Of a stretch of DNA of 64,000 nucleotides, positions 24,528-32,601 are shown piece by piece. Origin of the DNA: Spirochaetota bacterium (GTDB lineage Bacteria > Spirochaetota > Leptospiria > Turneriellales > Turneriellaceae); contig JAFEGD010000122.1 in NCBI GenBank assembly GCA_018240245.1, positions 1,901 through 65,900 on the forward strand, read 5' to 3'. A program made the translations under genes and the position numbers. Within the stretch, counting starts at the first letter, position 1. Each line of letters begins with the position of its first letter. The notes below the pieces were generated by a model that saw nothing but the letters and a program-made list of their open reading frames with translations, had not been told where the DNA came from and made no database searches.

Positions 24528-25994
24528 CTACTGTTCGACGCAGTAGAGAAAACCGGTGGACGAACTACAGGCTTGTGGGGCATTTGCGATTACCGCATTC
24601 GTTGTAATCGATGAAGAAAGCCCGGTATCGCCGTTTCCGGCAGTCGAAGTCCAGCCCGAACAATCGTTTCCACTAGGAGCAAAGGCTGTGGTCATGCCCG
24701 ACCATACAGCTTCGGAGACGCCGGTGAATGCGTTGGTGAGGGCGCCGGGAAAAATCGCCGCCGCAGTCGTCGTCGCAACAGGCAAGCCATCGCTCGCGCG
24801 AATATAATCTATATTCGGGTAAAGTACCCAATCGATTTGCGCTCCGGCACTACCGTTGCGCACACCCGTTGACGCGATCATTGCTTTGAAATCAGAAAGA
24901 AAATCGGGGTTGTTTGGGTCGGCGCTGCACATGGCGTCGGCGGCTGCGATACCGCCAAAATTACCCGCTGGCAAAGGCCCCGCAGTCAAAAAGACACGAT
25001 ACGTCGATTCATAAGTCGCGTTACCAAAATCGCCGTCGAGAACTAGCAACGTAAATAACGTGTGGCTATCGACAAAATAGAGATCGTTGTCGCCGTAGTC
25101 GGAGTACGCAGAAAATACGACACGGTCAAAGATATAGTACGGCTCTCTTAAAGTCGAGATGTACGTGATGTTGATATCAGCAGTGTCGAGCGCATTGTTG
25201 AAATTAACCATCTCTTGATTCATGCCGCTTTGCGTCGCTTGGTAGAGACGACCGAATAAGGGCAAGAGCACAGAGTCGGTGTAGCCGCTCACAGCTGCCG
25301 AGAGCGGGGTTGCACTATCGGCGTAGTATAAATTCTCATTCGAGACTATGCTACCCGGTTGCGATACCGCGAACGTAGAGGTGTAGACATCGACACCGTT
25401 GTTAGTAATAACTTGCATATTGCGAAAATCGGTATAGAGCATTGCGTCTGTGTAATGGTTGTTATTGGCAATCTGTCCCGGTGTACCGATATCGCCGGTT
25501 GTAAATGCAGGTGGGATAATCGCGCCTTGATAGATACCTGCGGGCGACTGGTACATGACAGCGACACCCTGCAAGCTCATCGTCGCCTGAACATTGATAG
25601 GTGTGGTGTCGATATTGAGAGCGTTACCGCCTTGGGATATAACGATGGGATCGTTAAACGTCGGCAGCTCGTCGTCGCCGGGATAATAGGCATCGGTCGA
25701 CTCGGTGATAAAAATATTATAATAACCAGTCGTACACGTGCCACAAGGGCGGTCGGAGACAAAGAGGAGAACTAAAAGTCCGTTCGGCTCGTGTAGCAAA
25801 ATTGGGTTCAGATCGTCGTAGCCGTCGAGCGAGATGGTCGAGCCGTCGGCGAGCATGAGGCTCGCTCTCGCTTTTGAGAGATCGACGCCGTCCGAAGGTC
25901 TTGGGGCGCAATGCACCGCAACGAATAAAACCATCAATACAACAATCAATCCACGCATTGTTAATACTTTCATTAGCGAACGGTATATTGTCAA
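24528..25994 (-). CDS. Lipoprotein with a C-terminal DUF1554-like domain
   Basis: Lipobox LFVAVHCAP. Alternative Met starts at 25973 and 25958. The C-terminal ~160 aa are YRVFLTAGPLPAGNFGGIAAADAMCSADPN...FKAMIAS...CSGWTS...ACSSSTGFLYCVEQ. Confidence 0.65.
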   Translation of the reverse strand: MTIYRSLMKVLTMRGLIVVLMVLFVAVHCAPRPSDGVDLSKARASLMLADGSTISLDGYDDLNPILLHEPNGLLVLLFVSDRPCGTCTTGYYNIFITESTDAYYPGDDELPTFNDPIVISQGGNALNIDTTPINVQATMSLQGVAVMYQSPAGIYQGAIIPPAFTTGDIGTPGQIANNNHYTDAMLYTDFRNMQVITNNGVDVYTSTFAVSQPGSIVSNENLYYADSATPLSAAVSGYTDSVLLPLFGRLYQATQSGMNQEMVNFNNALDTADINITYISTLREPYYIFDRVVFSAYSDYGDNDLYFVDSHTLFTLLVLDGDFGNATYESTYRVFLTAGPLPAGNFGGIAAADAMCSADPNNPDFLSDFKAMIASTGVRNGSAGAQIDWVLYPNIDYIRASDGLPVATTTAAAIFPGALTNAFTGVSEAVWSGMTTAFAPSGNDCSGWTSTAGNGDTGLSSSITTNAVIANAPQACSSSTGFLYCVEQ

Positions 25995-26045
25995 ATAATT
26001 TAATCTTCATGCAAGGGAATGTCTTGACGACCTGTCTTTTCTTTT

Positions 26046-26098
26046 ATTTGTTTCAAACACAGAGAGGGGCAAAGCCCCTCTCTGTGTTTGAAACAAAT
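26046..26098. repeat. Perfect 25-bp-stem palindrome with an AAA loop, ending 1 nt before tRNA-Cys
   Basis: ATTTGTTTCAAACACAGAGAGGGGC-AAA-GCCCCTCTCTGTGTTTGAAACAAAT. No U-tract follows on either strand. Confidence 0.85.
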
Positions 26099-26099
26099 T

Positions 26100-26170
26100 G
26101 GTGTCGTAGCCAAGTGGTAAGGCAGAGCTCTGCAAAAGCTCCACCCCCGGTTCAAATCCGGGCGACACCT
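26100..26170 (+). tRNA. tRNA-Cys (anticodon GCA)
   Basis: Hand-folded cloverleaf. Acceptor GGTGTCG/CGACACC, anticodon stem GAGCT/AGCTC with loop CTGCAAA, T arm CCCGG-TTCAAAT-CCGGG, short variable loop. CCA is not encoded. Confidence 0.9.
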
Positions 26171-26179
26171 CAAAGGTTT

Positions 26180-26224
26180 GTTGAAATATGAATGGGGTGC
26201 AAAGCACCCCATTCATATTTCAAC
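26180..26224. repeat. Perfect 21-bp-stem palindrome with an AAA loop, between tRNA-Cys and tRNA-Leu
   Basis: GTTGAAATATGAATGGGGTGC-AAA-GCACCCCATTCATATTTCAAC. It shares the TTTGTT...GGGG(T)GC-AAA-GC apex architecture with the 26046-26098 element. Confidence 0.85.
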
Positions 26225-26236
26225 TTATCTAAAAGA

Positions 26237-26320
26237 GCCCGTGTGATGGAATTGGTAGACATACAGGACTTAAAATCCTGGGGCAGCAATGCCGTGCCGG
26301 TTCAACTCCGGCCACGGGTA
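26237..26320 (+). tRNA. tRNA-Leu (anticodon TAA)
   Basis: Hand-folded. Acceptor GCCCGTG/CACGGGT (G1-U72 wobble), anticodon stem CAGGA/TCCTG with loop CTTAAAA, long variable arm (GGGCAGCAATGCCGT), T arm GCCGG-TTCAACT-CCGGC. Confidence 0.88.
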
Positions 26321-26347
26321 CATATTGACGCAGACGGCAATCCATCA

Positions 26348-27127
26348 GTGCCGCTCATCGACGGGCATTGCCATCTCGACATGGTCGTCGAGCGCGGGCT
26401 TTCGGCCGACGAAATCACGCAGGGTCTCGAAGAGAACGGCGTCGTGAGCCTCGTCGAAATCGGCGCCGATAAGCAGGCGATGCTATGGGCGCGCACCCTC
26501 GCGCACACTGCGTGCCGCTTCGAGGTCTATTATACGATCGGCCATCACCCCGGCGAGGCGGCGACGGCCGACGCCGAGTTTGGCCTTAAGTTTATCGACG
26601 AAAATAAAAACGATGCGCGCTTTGTCGCGGTCGGAGAGATCGGTCTCGATTATTATTACCACAAAGACCAGAGTGAAATTCAAAAAAAAGTTTTTACTGA
26701 TTTCGTGCGAGCGGCGCGCAGAGTCAATCGCGGTATTGCGATTCATACGCGCGAGGCGCACGCCGACACGATGGAGATATTGCGCCGCGAAGCGCATGGG
26801 CTAAAAATTTTGATTCATTGTTTCACGGGTAATGCGCAAGAGATGGCGGATTTTCTTTCGCTCGGTGCTTTTATTTCGTTTTCGGGAATCGTCACATTCA
26901 AAAACGCTGCGGCGTTACAAGAAGCGGCAAAAATCTGTCCTGAGGAGCGCATGCTCGTCGAGACCGATGCGCCGTTTTTGGCGCCGGTACCATTTCGCGG
27001 TAAAGTCAATCAGCCGGGCTATGTTAGGCACACGCTCAATTTTTTGGCCAAACTGCGCGGCGTTGAAGCGAATACGCTCGCTGCTCAATGCGTAAACAAC
27101 ACGCATGAATTTTATAGCATCGTTTAG
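26348..27127 (+). CDS. TatD-family metal-dependent hydrolase/DNase
   Basis: (M)PLIDGHCHLDM N-terminal motif, later GEIGLDYYY, IHTREAH, ETDAPFLAP. The listed ORF start (26192) runs through tRNA-Leu, so the in-frame GTG at 26348 gives a family-typical 259-aa protein. Confidence 0.85.
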   Translation: MPLIDGHCHLDMVVERGLSADEITQGLEENGVVSLVEIGADKQAMLWARTLAHTACRFEVYYTIGHHPGEAATADAEFGLKFIDENKNDARFVAVGEIGLDYYYHKDQSEIQKKVFTDFVRAARRVNRGIAIHTREAHADTMEILRREAHGLKILIHCFTGNAQEMADFLSLGAFISFSGIVTFKNAAALQEAAKICPEERMLVETDAPFLAPVPFRGKVNQPGYVRHTLNFLAKLRGVEANTLAAQCVNNTHEFYSIV

Positions 27128-27223
27128 GCGAGGCACGTACCCGCACGCCTAAACGACACTCAAAAAATTCTTGGCACGGCTTGTGTCGCGCGATACATGG
27201 TAACGCTTGAGTCTTGAATAATT

Positions 27224-28156
27224 ATGCGATCCCCCATAAGAAAACTCATTCTTTGCGTGTGCCTTGTGGGAACAAATTTATTTGCCATCGAGTTCGACGA
27301 TGCAAAAGACGAACTCGATTTGCGTAGCCCATTTTATATGCCGTACGCCGGCGATTGGGTTGCGCGCATGCAGGCGCAGTACACGTCGCAAAATTTTTCG
27401 ATGAATTTAGCGTTTCCGCAAGGCAGCAAGTCGGCCCAGACCGACGACTATTCTTCGATAATTACTTTAGTCTACGGTATTACCGATCGTATTTCGATGG
27501 CCGCTTCGACAAAATATACGCTCGCTCAAGAGTATAACGAAACAAACACGGGTGCCTTCGCGGCAAAGGGCGACGAGCATTCTACGAAGTCGGGTTTTGC
27601 CGATCCGACAATTTCTGTCACTGGGCGTCTATGGGGAACCCTACGCGACGAGTGGACGCTCAACGTTGCTGCGGCGTTTACGCCGGGTATCACCGACGCG
27701 AACAATTTTCGCATATCGACTCCAAATAATAGATTTGCCACGAGTGTATTGTTCGGTAGAAATTTCAATAATATTACTTTGGGAATTCAAGAATCTTTTA
27801 GCTATTATCAAGATTCTGCAGTCGATTCGACGAATCAAAAAAATGGCCAACAGACTCTCGCTTCGGCGCTAGTCGCACAATACGATTTTTTTAGTTTTTA
27901 TATTCAGGCGACGGGTGCAATCATAAACTTTGTCGATGCGCGTTCGCAAAGCGACGGCCTCCGCAAACAGCCGCTGGGCAATTTTGGCGCGACGTTCGGG
28001 GTTGAGTGCAGCGAGAGCTTGCTATTCTCGGCAAATTTTTCGTGGACTACTGGCCTGCAAGGGCAAAGCAGCTTACCGTCAGGGATAAACTACTCAGCCT
28101 CTGCAAAACCGACAATGGTTGGGACTCTTGCGATATTATATAAATATGGCGAATGA
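27224..28156 (+). CDS. Predicted outer-membrane beta-barrel protein
   Basis: Signal peptide (LILCVCLVGTNLFAIE). Alternating amphipathic strands throughout, with a possible resemblance to MetA-pathway/transporter-type OMPs. Not verified. Confidence 0.55.
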   Translation: MRSPIRKLILCVCLVGTNLFAIEFDDAKDELDLRSPFYMPYAGDWVARMQAQYTSQNFSMNLAFPQGSKSAQTDDYSSIITLVYGITDRISMAASTKYTLAQEYNETNTGAFAAKGDEHSTKSGFADPTISVTGRLWGTLRDEWTLNVAAAFTPGITDANNFRISTPNNRFATSVLFGRNFNNITLGIQESFSYYQDSAVDSTNQKNGQQTLASALVAQYDFFSFYIQATGAIINFVDARSQSDGLRKQPLGNFGATFGVECSESLLFSANFSWTTGLQGQSSLPSGINYSASAKPTMVGTLAILYKYGE

Positions 28157-28183
28157 AATCGGGCGAGACGTAAGCCGTGGCGT

Positions 28184-29440
28184 TTACGCTAACTTCTTTT
28201 CGATAGCTGCCCAATCGATATTGCCGTCTGCTGTTTGGTGGTATTCTAAAAGTGCGGCGACGAGGCGGCCAGCGGCGACACCCGAACCGTTGATCGTGTG
28301 GAGGTATTCGTTCTTGCCGGCGGCGTTCTTGTAGCGAATCTTCGCGCGGCGCGCTTGAAAATCTTTGAAGTTCGAGCACGAAGAAATTTCGAGCCAGCGC
28401 TTGAGTCCCGGCATCCAAATTTCTAAATCGTACGTAATCGACGATGTAAAACCCATGTCGCCCGAACAAAGCGCGACGACGCGGTAGGTAAGCCCCAAAC
28501 CTTTCAAGATATTCTCCGCGTCGGCGGTTAAGCGCAGCCATTCTCTTTCAGAATCTTCGGGGCGCACAAATTTTACGAGCTCGACTTTATAGAACTGGTG
28601 TACGCGCACGAGACCGCGCGTGTCTTTGCCTGCGCTGCCTGCCTCGCGGCGAAAGCACGGCGTGAACGCCATGAGACTAATCGGCAGCTCGGTCTCGCTC
28701 AAAATTTCATCGGCGTAAATATTCGTAAGCGGCACCTCGCCCGTGGGTATCAGCGAAAGGCCGTCTTTTTCCATGCGGTAGTACTCGTCGGCGAATTTCG
28801 GAAACTGCCCGGTGCCGAACATGCACTCGTCTTTGACGACGAGCGGCACCATGCGCTCGCTGTAACCCGCCGCCGCGTGCTTGTCGAGCATATAGTTCGC
28901 GAGGCGGCGCTCTAAACGCGCGATGCGTTCGTTATAGACATAAAAACGCGCACCCGAAATTTTCACGCCGCGCTCGAAATCGACGAGACCCTGCGCTTCG
29001 GCGACTTCGTAGTGCGGCTTCACGTCGAATGCGAATTGGGGGATTTCACCCTCCTTTCTCACGACGACGTTGGCGTGTTCGTCTTTGCCGTCGGGCACCT
29101 TGTCGTCGAGCAGATTTGGTACGCGGGCGAGCACGTGTAAAAAATTTTCTTCAACCTTGGCTTCTTGTTCTTTCAAGACCTTTAAGCGATCGGCGACTGT
29201 TTTCATTGTTTCGCGCAGCGCATCAAACTCGGCCTCTTTGCCTTGTGCTTTGAGTTCGCCGAGTTTTTTCGATTGCACGTTGCGCTCGTTCGCCAACGCC
29301 TCGACTTCGCGAATCGTCGCACTACGTTTTTCGGCGACGGTCTTCAGTTCAGCCGCTGCGGATGTGTCGCCACGGCGAGCGAGGCTTTTAAGCACACGAT
29401 TTAATCCCTCTTCTGTTTTAAGAAGCTGAAAATCGATCAT
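28184..29440 (-). CDS. serS: Seryl-tRNA synthetase
   Basis: N-terminal coiled-coil arm (MIDFQLLK...). Class II motifs: FRREAGSAGKDTRGLVRVHQFYKVE and a C-terminal GSGVAAGRLVAALLE. Confidence 0.93.
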   Translation of the reverse strand: MIDFQLLKTEEGLNRVLKSLARRGDTSAAAELKTVAEKRSATIREVEALANERNVQSKKLGELKAQGKEAEFDALRETMKTVADRLKVLKEQEAKVEENFLHVLARVPNLLDDKVPDGKDEHANVVVRKEGEIPQFAFDVKPHYEVAEAQGLVDFERGVKISGARFYVYNERIARLERRLANYMLDKHAAAGYSERMVPLVVKDECMFGTGQFPKFADEYYRMEKDGLSLIPTGEVPLTNIYADEILSETELPISLMAFTPCFRREAGSAGKDTRGLVRVHQFYKVELVKFVRPEDSEREWLRLTADAENILKGLGLTYRVVALCSGDMGFTSSITYDLEIWMPGLKRWLEISSCSNFKDFQARRAKIRYKNAAGKNEYLHTINGSGVAAGRLVAALLEYHQTADGNIDWAAIEKKLA

Positions 29441-29478
29441 GCGGAAAGCTTCAATTTTGCGATAGGGCGCAAAGCAGG

Positions 29479-30174
29479 TTATGAACCTTGTAGAGACGCG
29501 ACAAGCCGCGTCTCTACCGTCGGATTAGAAATCCGCTGGGCGAGAAAGGCGCACAGTGTCTCGATCGTCGTGGGTATTTCTTTTTCGATATCTTCGAACG
29601 ACGTCGTCACAATGTTGTAGTCTGCGTATAATTTTGCGAGTAGATCGAAGAAATCGTTAAGGTCATTGTTACCAAAGTTAATCCGCCCGAGCGCACGGTG
29701 CAGCGTATGGTCGGATGCCAAGCGTGAGTACGCAAAGAGCGACGCTTTTTCGGCCCAGCGGATAAATGCTGGGCTATACGCGCGCCGCTCTTTCGCGAGG
29801 CAGTCGTAGCTGAGGCAGATACCCTCGCCGTAGAACGAAAAATTCTGTGGGTGCGGCCAGAGACCGATCTGCGGGTGCGGCGAACCGGTGGGGTGCAGAA
29901 GGCAGCCGGCGAGGCGGGGTTGCGTTTTGACAAACCCGACAAAGGGGCACACATAAATGTCGTCGCGCTTGCGGAGCGGCAGCGTCGCCGCTTCGCGCGC
30001 TTTACGAAATGCGACAATGTTTTCGGAATGTGCGAGATCGAGCGCGAGAAAATCGTGCGTGTTGGTTTCTATCCATGCGCGGCGCGCGCCGTCGTCGAGA
30101 TCGAGATTGAAGATACCGCAACACGCGCTGCACGATTGCTTTGCGTTCATGCAGACGTTGGCTGAATCGATCAC
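29479..30174 (-). CDS. Cys-rich hypothetical protein, possibly YkgJ/UPF0153-like cysteine-cluster protein
   Basis: CSACCGIFN near the N-terminus, then YVCPFVGF and CLLHP. The start overlaps the ALDH stop by 4 nt. Confidence 0.45.
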   Translation of the reverse strand: MIDSANVCMNAKQSCSACCGIFNLDLDDGARRAWIETNTHDFLALDLAHSENIVAFRKAREAATLPLRKRDDIYVCPFVGFVKTQPRLAGCLLHPTGSPHPQIGLWPHPQNFSFYGEGICLSYDCLAKERRAYSPAFIRWAEKASLFAYSRLASDHTLHRALGRINFGNNDLNDFFDLLAKLYADYNIVTTSFEDIEKEIPTTIETLCAFLAQRISNPTVETRLVASLQGS

Positions 30175-31754
30175 ACAATCTGGCAGTAATCGAGTAGCCC
30201 CTGCTTGCCGCCTTCGCGGCCAAAACCCGATTCTTTGTAGCCGCCAAAAGGCGATGCGGGGTCGAATTTATTAAAGGTGTTAATCCACACCACGCCTGCT
30301 CGAAGTGCGTTCGCCATTTTCATCGCCTTCGAGCCTTTGTCGGTCCAAATGCCCGCCGAGAGACCGTACTGCGTGTTGTTCGCTTTTTCAATCGCCTCTG
30401 CGGGGGTGCGAAACGTCATCACTGAAAGCACCGGGCCAAAGATTTCTTCGCGCGCGATGCGGCTCGACGGCGTTACGTTGGTGAAGAACGTCGGTTGAAA
30501 CCAAAAGCCCTTTTCGGGCAACTTGCCCGCCTTTTGGTGCATTACCGCACCCTCGGCGACACCCGACTCCGTTAGCTCACAAATTTTACCGAGCTGCATT
30601 TTCGAATTAATCGCGCCGATGTCGGTATTCTTATCGAGCGGATTACCGACGCGCAACGTTTGCAAGCGGCGAAAAAGTTTTTTAACGACAGTATCGTGGA
30701 TAGATTCTTGTACGAGTAGGCGGCTACCCGCGCAGCAGACATGCCCTTGGTTAAAATAAATACCGTTGACGATACCTTCGACGGCTTGGTCGAGCGCCGC
30801 GTCTTCAAAAACGATATTCGCCGCTTTACCGCCGAGTTCGAGTGTTGTTTTTTTGCCCGAGCCGGCGAGCGCTTGTTGAATCTTTTTACCGACAAGCGTC
30901 GAGCCGGTAAATGCAACCTTGTCGACGTCGTCATGCGCAACCAGCGCTGCACCGGTCGCGCCAGCGCCGGTAATGATATTCACGACACCGTCGGGAAGTT
31001 CGGCTTCTTGTAAAATTTGCGCAAGAAAGAGTGCGGTTAAGGGTGTCGTCTCGGCGGGTTTCAAGACGACGGTGTTGCCGCACGCGAGCGCCGGCGCGAG
31101 TTTCCACGCGGCCATGAGTAACGGAACGTTCCAGGGAATCACTTGCCCGGCGACGCCTAAGGGAGCGAGCTTGCGTCCGGGAAAAGCATAGTCTAATTTA
31201 TCGGCCCAGCCCGCGTAATAAAAAAAATGCGCCGCCGCCAATGGGACATCCACATCGCGCGACTCGCGAATGGGCTTGCCACCGTCGATCGATTCGAGTA
31301 CGGCAAGTTCGCGCGCGCGGTCTTGCATGAGGCGCGCAATGCGGTATAAATATTTTGCGCGCTCTTTGCCGGGCAGTTTCGACCAGACTTTGCCGTACGC
31401 AGTACGCGCGGCACTCACCGCCGCATCGACATCCTTAGCGTTCGCCTCGGCGACATCGGCAATTTTTTGCTCTGTCGCCGGGTTTACCGTAGCAAAATAT
31501 TTGCCACTTTGCGGCGCGACAAATTTTCCGCCGATAAAAAGATTATACTTTGGCGCGAGTTTCACGATGCTCGACGACTCGATGCTTTCGGCGTAGTCCC
31601 ATGCGTTACCGAATTGAATGATGTCGCCGCTCGCGCCTTTTTCGCCTGAAGCCGAAGAGACTCTATGTCCCGTTGCCGTTGTGCGCGGAGTGATTTTTTT
31701 ACGACGGGGTGAGGGGGCTTTTTTTGTCATATCAGCGTTGCTTATTTTTATCAA
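30171..31754 (-). CDS. NAD(P)-dependent aldehyde dehydrogenase with a ~60-aa basic N-terminal extension
   Basis: ALDH motifs FTGSTLVGKKI, ELGGKAANIVFEDA, NQGHVCCAGSRLLV (catalytic Cys) and EEIFGPVLSV. An alternative start is the Met at 31730. Confidence 0.88.
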   Translation of the reverse strand: MIKISNADMTKKAPSPRRKKITPRTTATGHRVSSASGEKGASGDIIQFGNAWDYAESIESSSIVKLAPKYNLFIGGKFVAPQSGKYFATVNPATEQKIADVAEANAKDVDAAVSAARTAYGKVWSKLPGKERAKYLYRIARLMQDRARELAVLESIDGGKPIRESRDVDVPLAAAHFFYYAGWADKLDYAFPGRKLAPLGVAGQVIPWNVPLLMAAWKLAPALACGNTVVLKPAETTPLTALFLAQILQEAELPDGVVNIITGAGATGAALVAHDDVDKVAFTGSTLVGKKIQQALAGSGKKTTLELGGKAANIVFEDAALDQAVEGIVNGIYFNQGHVCCAGSRLLVQESIHDTVVKKLFRRLQTLRVGNPLDKNTDIGAINSKMQLGKICELTESGVAEGAVMHQKAGKLPEKGFWFQPTFFTNVTPSSRIAREEIFGPVLSVMTFRTPAEAIEKANNTQYGLSAGIWTDKGSKAMKMANALRAGVVWINTFNKFDPASPFGGYKESGFGREGGKQGLLDYCQIV

Positions 31755-32532
31755 CCGGCAAATCGGGTAAGTTCAATGCCTCGATTGCCTCGTGTAAAAA
31801 CATGACTGTAAAACGCGCCGCTTCGCGAACACTTTTCCCTTGAAAGAAATTTGTCGCTTCGAGGCGCGTGTCGATCTGAATGCTATCGTCTTTATTAAAG
31901 CACTTCGGGCCGTTCGATTGAATGTCTTCGTAAACGCTGCGCCAAAATTCGTGAATTTTCTTGAGAAAAGTACCGCCGTCAAACATGAACTGGCGCTGCT
32001 GCCGCGTGCGCATGTCGCGCAGCTGCACTTTCGAGTCTTCGCGTACGGCGCGCGTTGCATCTTCGATTGTTTCGGCCAGAATTTTCATTTGCCGTTTAAG
32101 ACCTTCGAGTACGGCAAAATGGCTATCGCGTTCTGCGGAGAGCGCAAAGTCGAGTTTAATTTTACCGAGCGCAGGGTAGAAAGTATTTTCCCAAGCGTTG
32201 AGAACGCTACCGAGAATATTGATCTCGATTTCGTCGGAGTTCGGTGAGATCTTGACCATCGGCATTTTGCCGAGTGTCGGGTAGGTTTCGCCGATGTCGT
32301 CGATGCTCTTTTTTTTGCCGTAGGCGGGCGCAGCAGAGGGAGTGCCTTGTAAAAATCGTTCTGCTTCGCCGCTACCGCCGATAGACTCGATTTTATCGCG
32401 AATCTTTTTCAGTTCGATCTTGGCTTTATTTTGTTGTTCGATATTGCGTGAAGTACGGATAATACCTTCATACTGGCGTGAAAGCTTTTGTAACGTGAGA
32501 AGCTCCGTCTTTTGGTCTTCGCTAAGCGGCAT
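31732..32532 (-). CDS. Hypothetical protein (predicted helical/coiled-coil)
   Basis: Long ORF co-directional with, and abutting, the ALDH gene. No recognised motif. Confidence 0.5.
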   Translation of the reverse strand: MPLSEDQKTELLTLQKLSRQYEGIIRTSRNIEQQNKAKIELKKIRDKIESIGGSGEAERFLQGTPSAAPAYGKKKSIDDIGETYPTLGKMPMVKISPNSDEIEINILGSVLNAWENTFYPALGKIKLDFALSAERDSHFAVLEGLKRQMKILAETIEDATRAVREDSKVQLRDMRTRQQRQFMFDGGTFLKKIHEFWRSVYEDIQSNGPKCFNKDDSIQIDTRLEATNFFQGKSVREAARFTVMFLHEAIEALNLPDLPVDKNKQR

Positions 32533-32601
32533 GTGTTAGGCCGTGCGCGGCGGAGTAAGTGTAAAGCAAATTCGGCAGTTTAGTATGCGGTAGCCGACAG
32601 A

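Noticed and set aside
26000-26347. ORFs 26000-26212(-), 26007-26216(-) and the N-terminal 52 codons of ORF 26192-27127(+).
   Set aside because: They run through tRNA-Cys, tRNA-Leu and the long palindromes. The TatD-family protein is complete from the GTG at 26348.
27121-27155. A hairpin CGTTTAGGCG-N15-CGCCTAAACG overlapping the tatD-family stop codon, considered as an intrinsic terminator.
   Set aside because: It has a large 15-nt loop and no downstream U-tract. It may still affect 3'-end stability but cannot be called a terminator from sequence alone.
27165-27185. A sigma54-like TGGCAC element (TTGGCACGGCTTGTGTC) upstream of the OMP gene at 27224.
   Set aside because: The downstream TTG(T) lies 2 nt too close to the TGGCAC for the canonical GG-N10-GC spacing, and the -12 GC is replaced by GT.
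25995-27223. The tRNA-Cys/tRNA-Leu locus as an integration site for a prophage or genomic island.
   Set aside because: There is no integrase, recombinase, phage gene or direct repeat of a tRNA 3' end visible within the window. The flanking genes are ordinary (a lipoprotein gene upstream; a tatD-family gene, an OMP gene and serS downstream).
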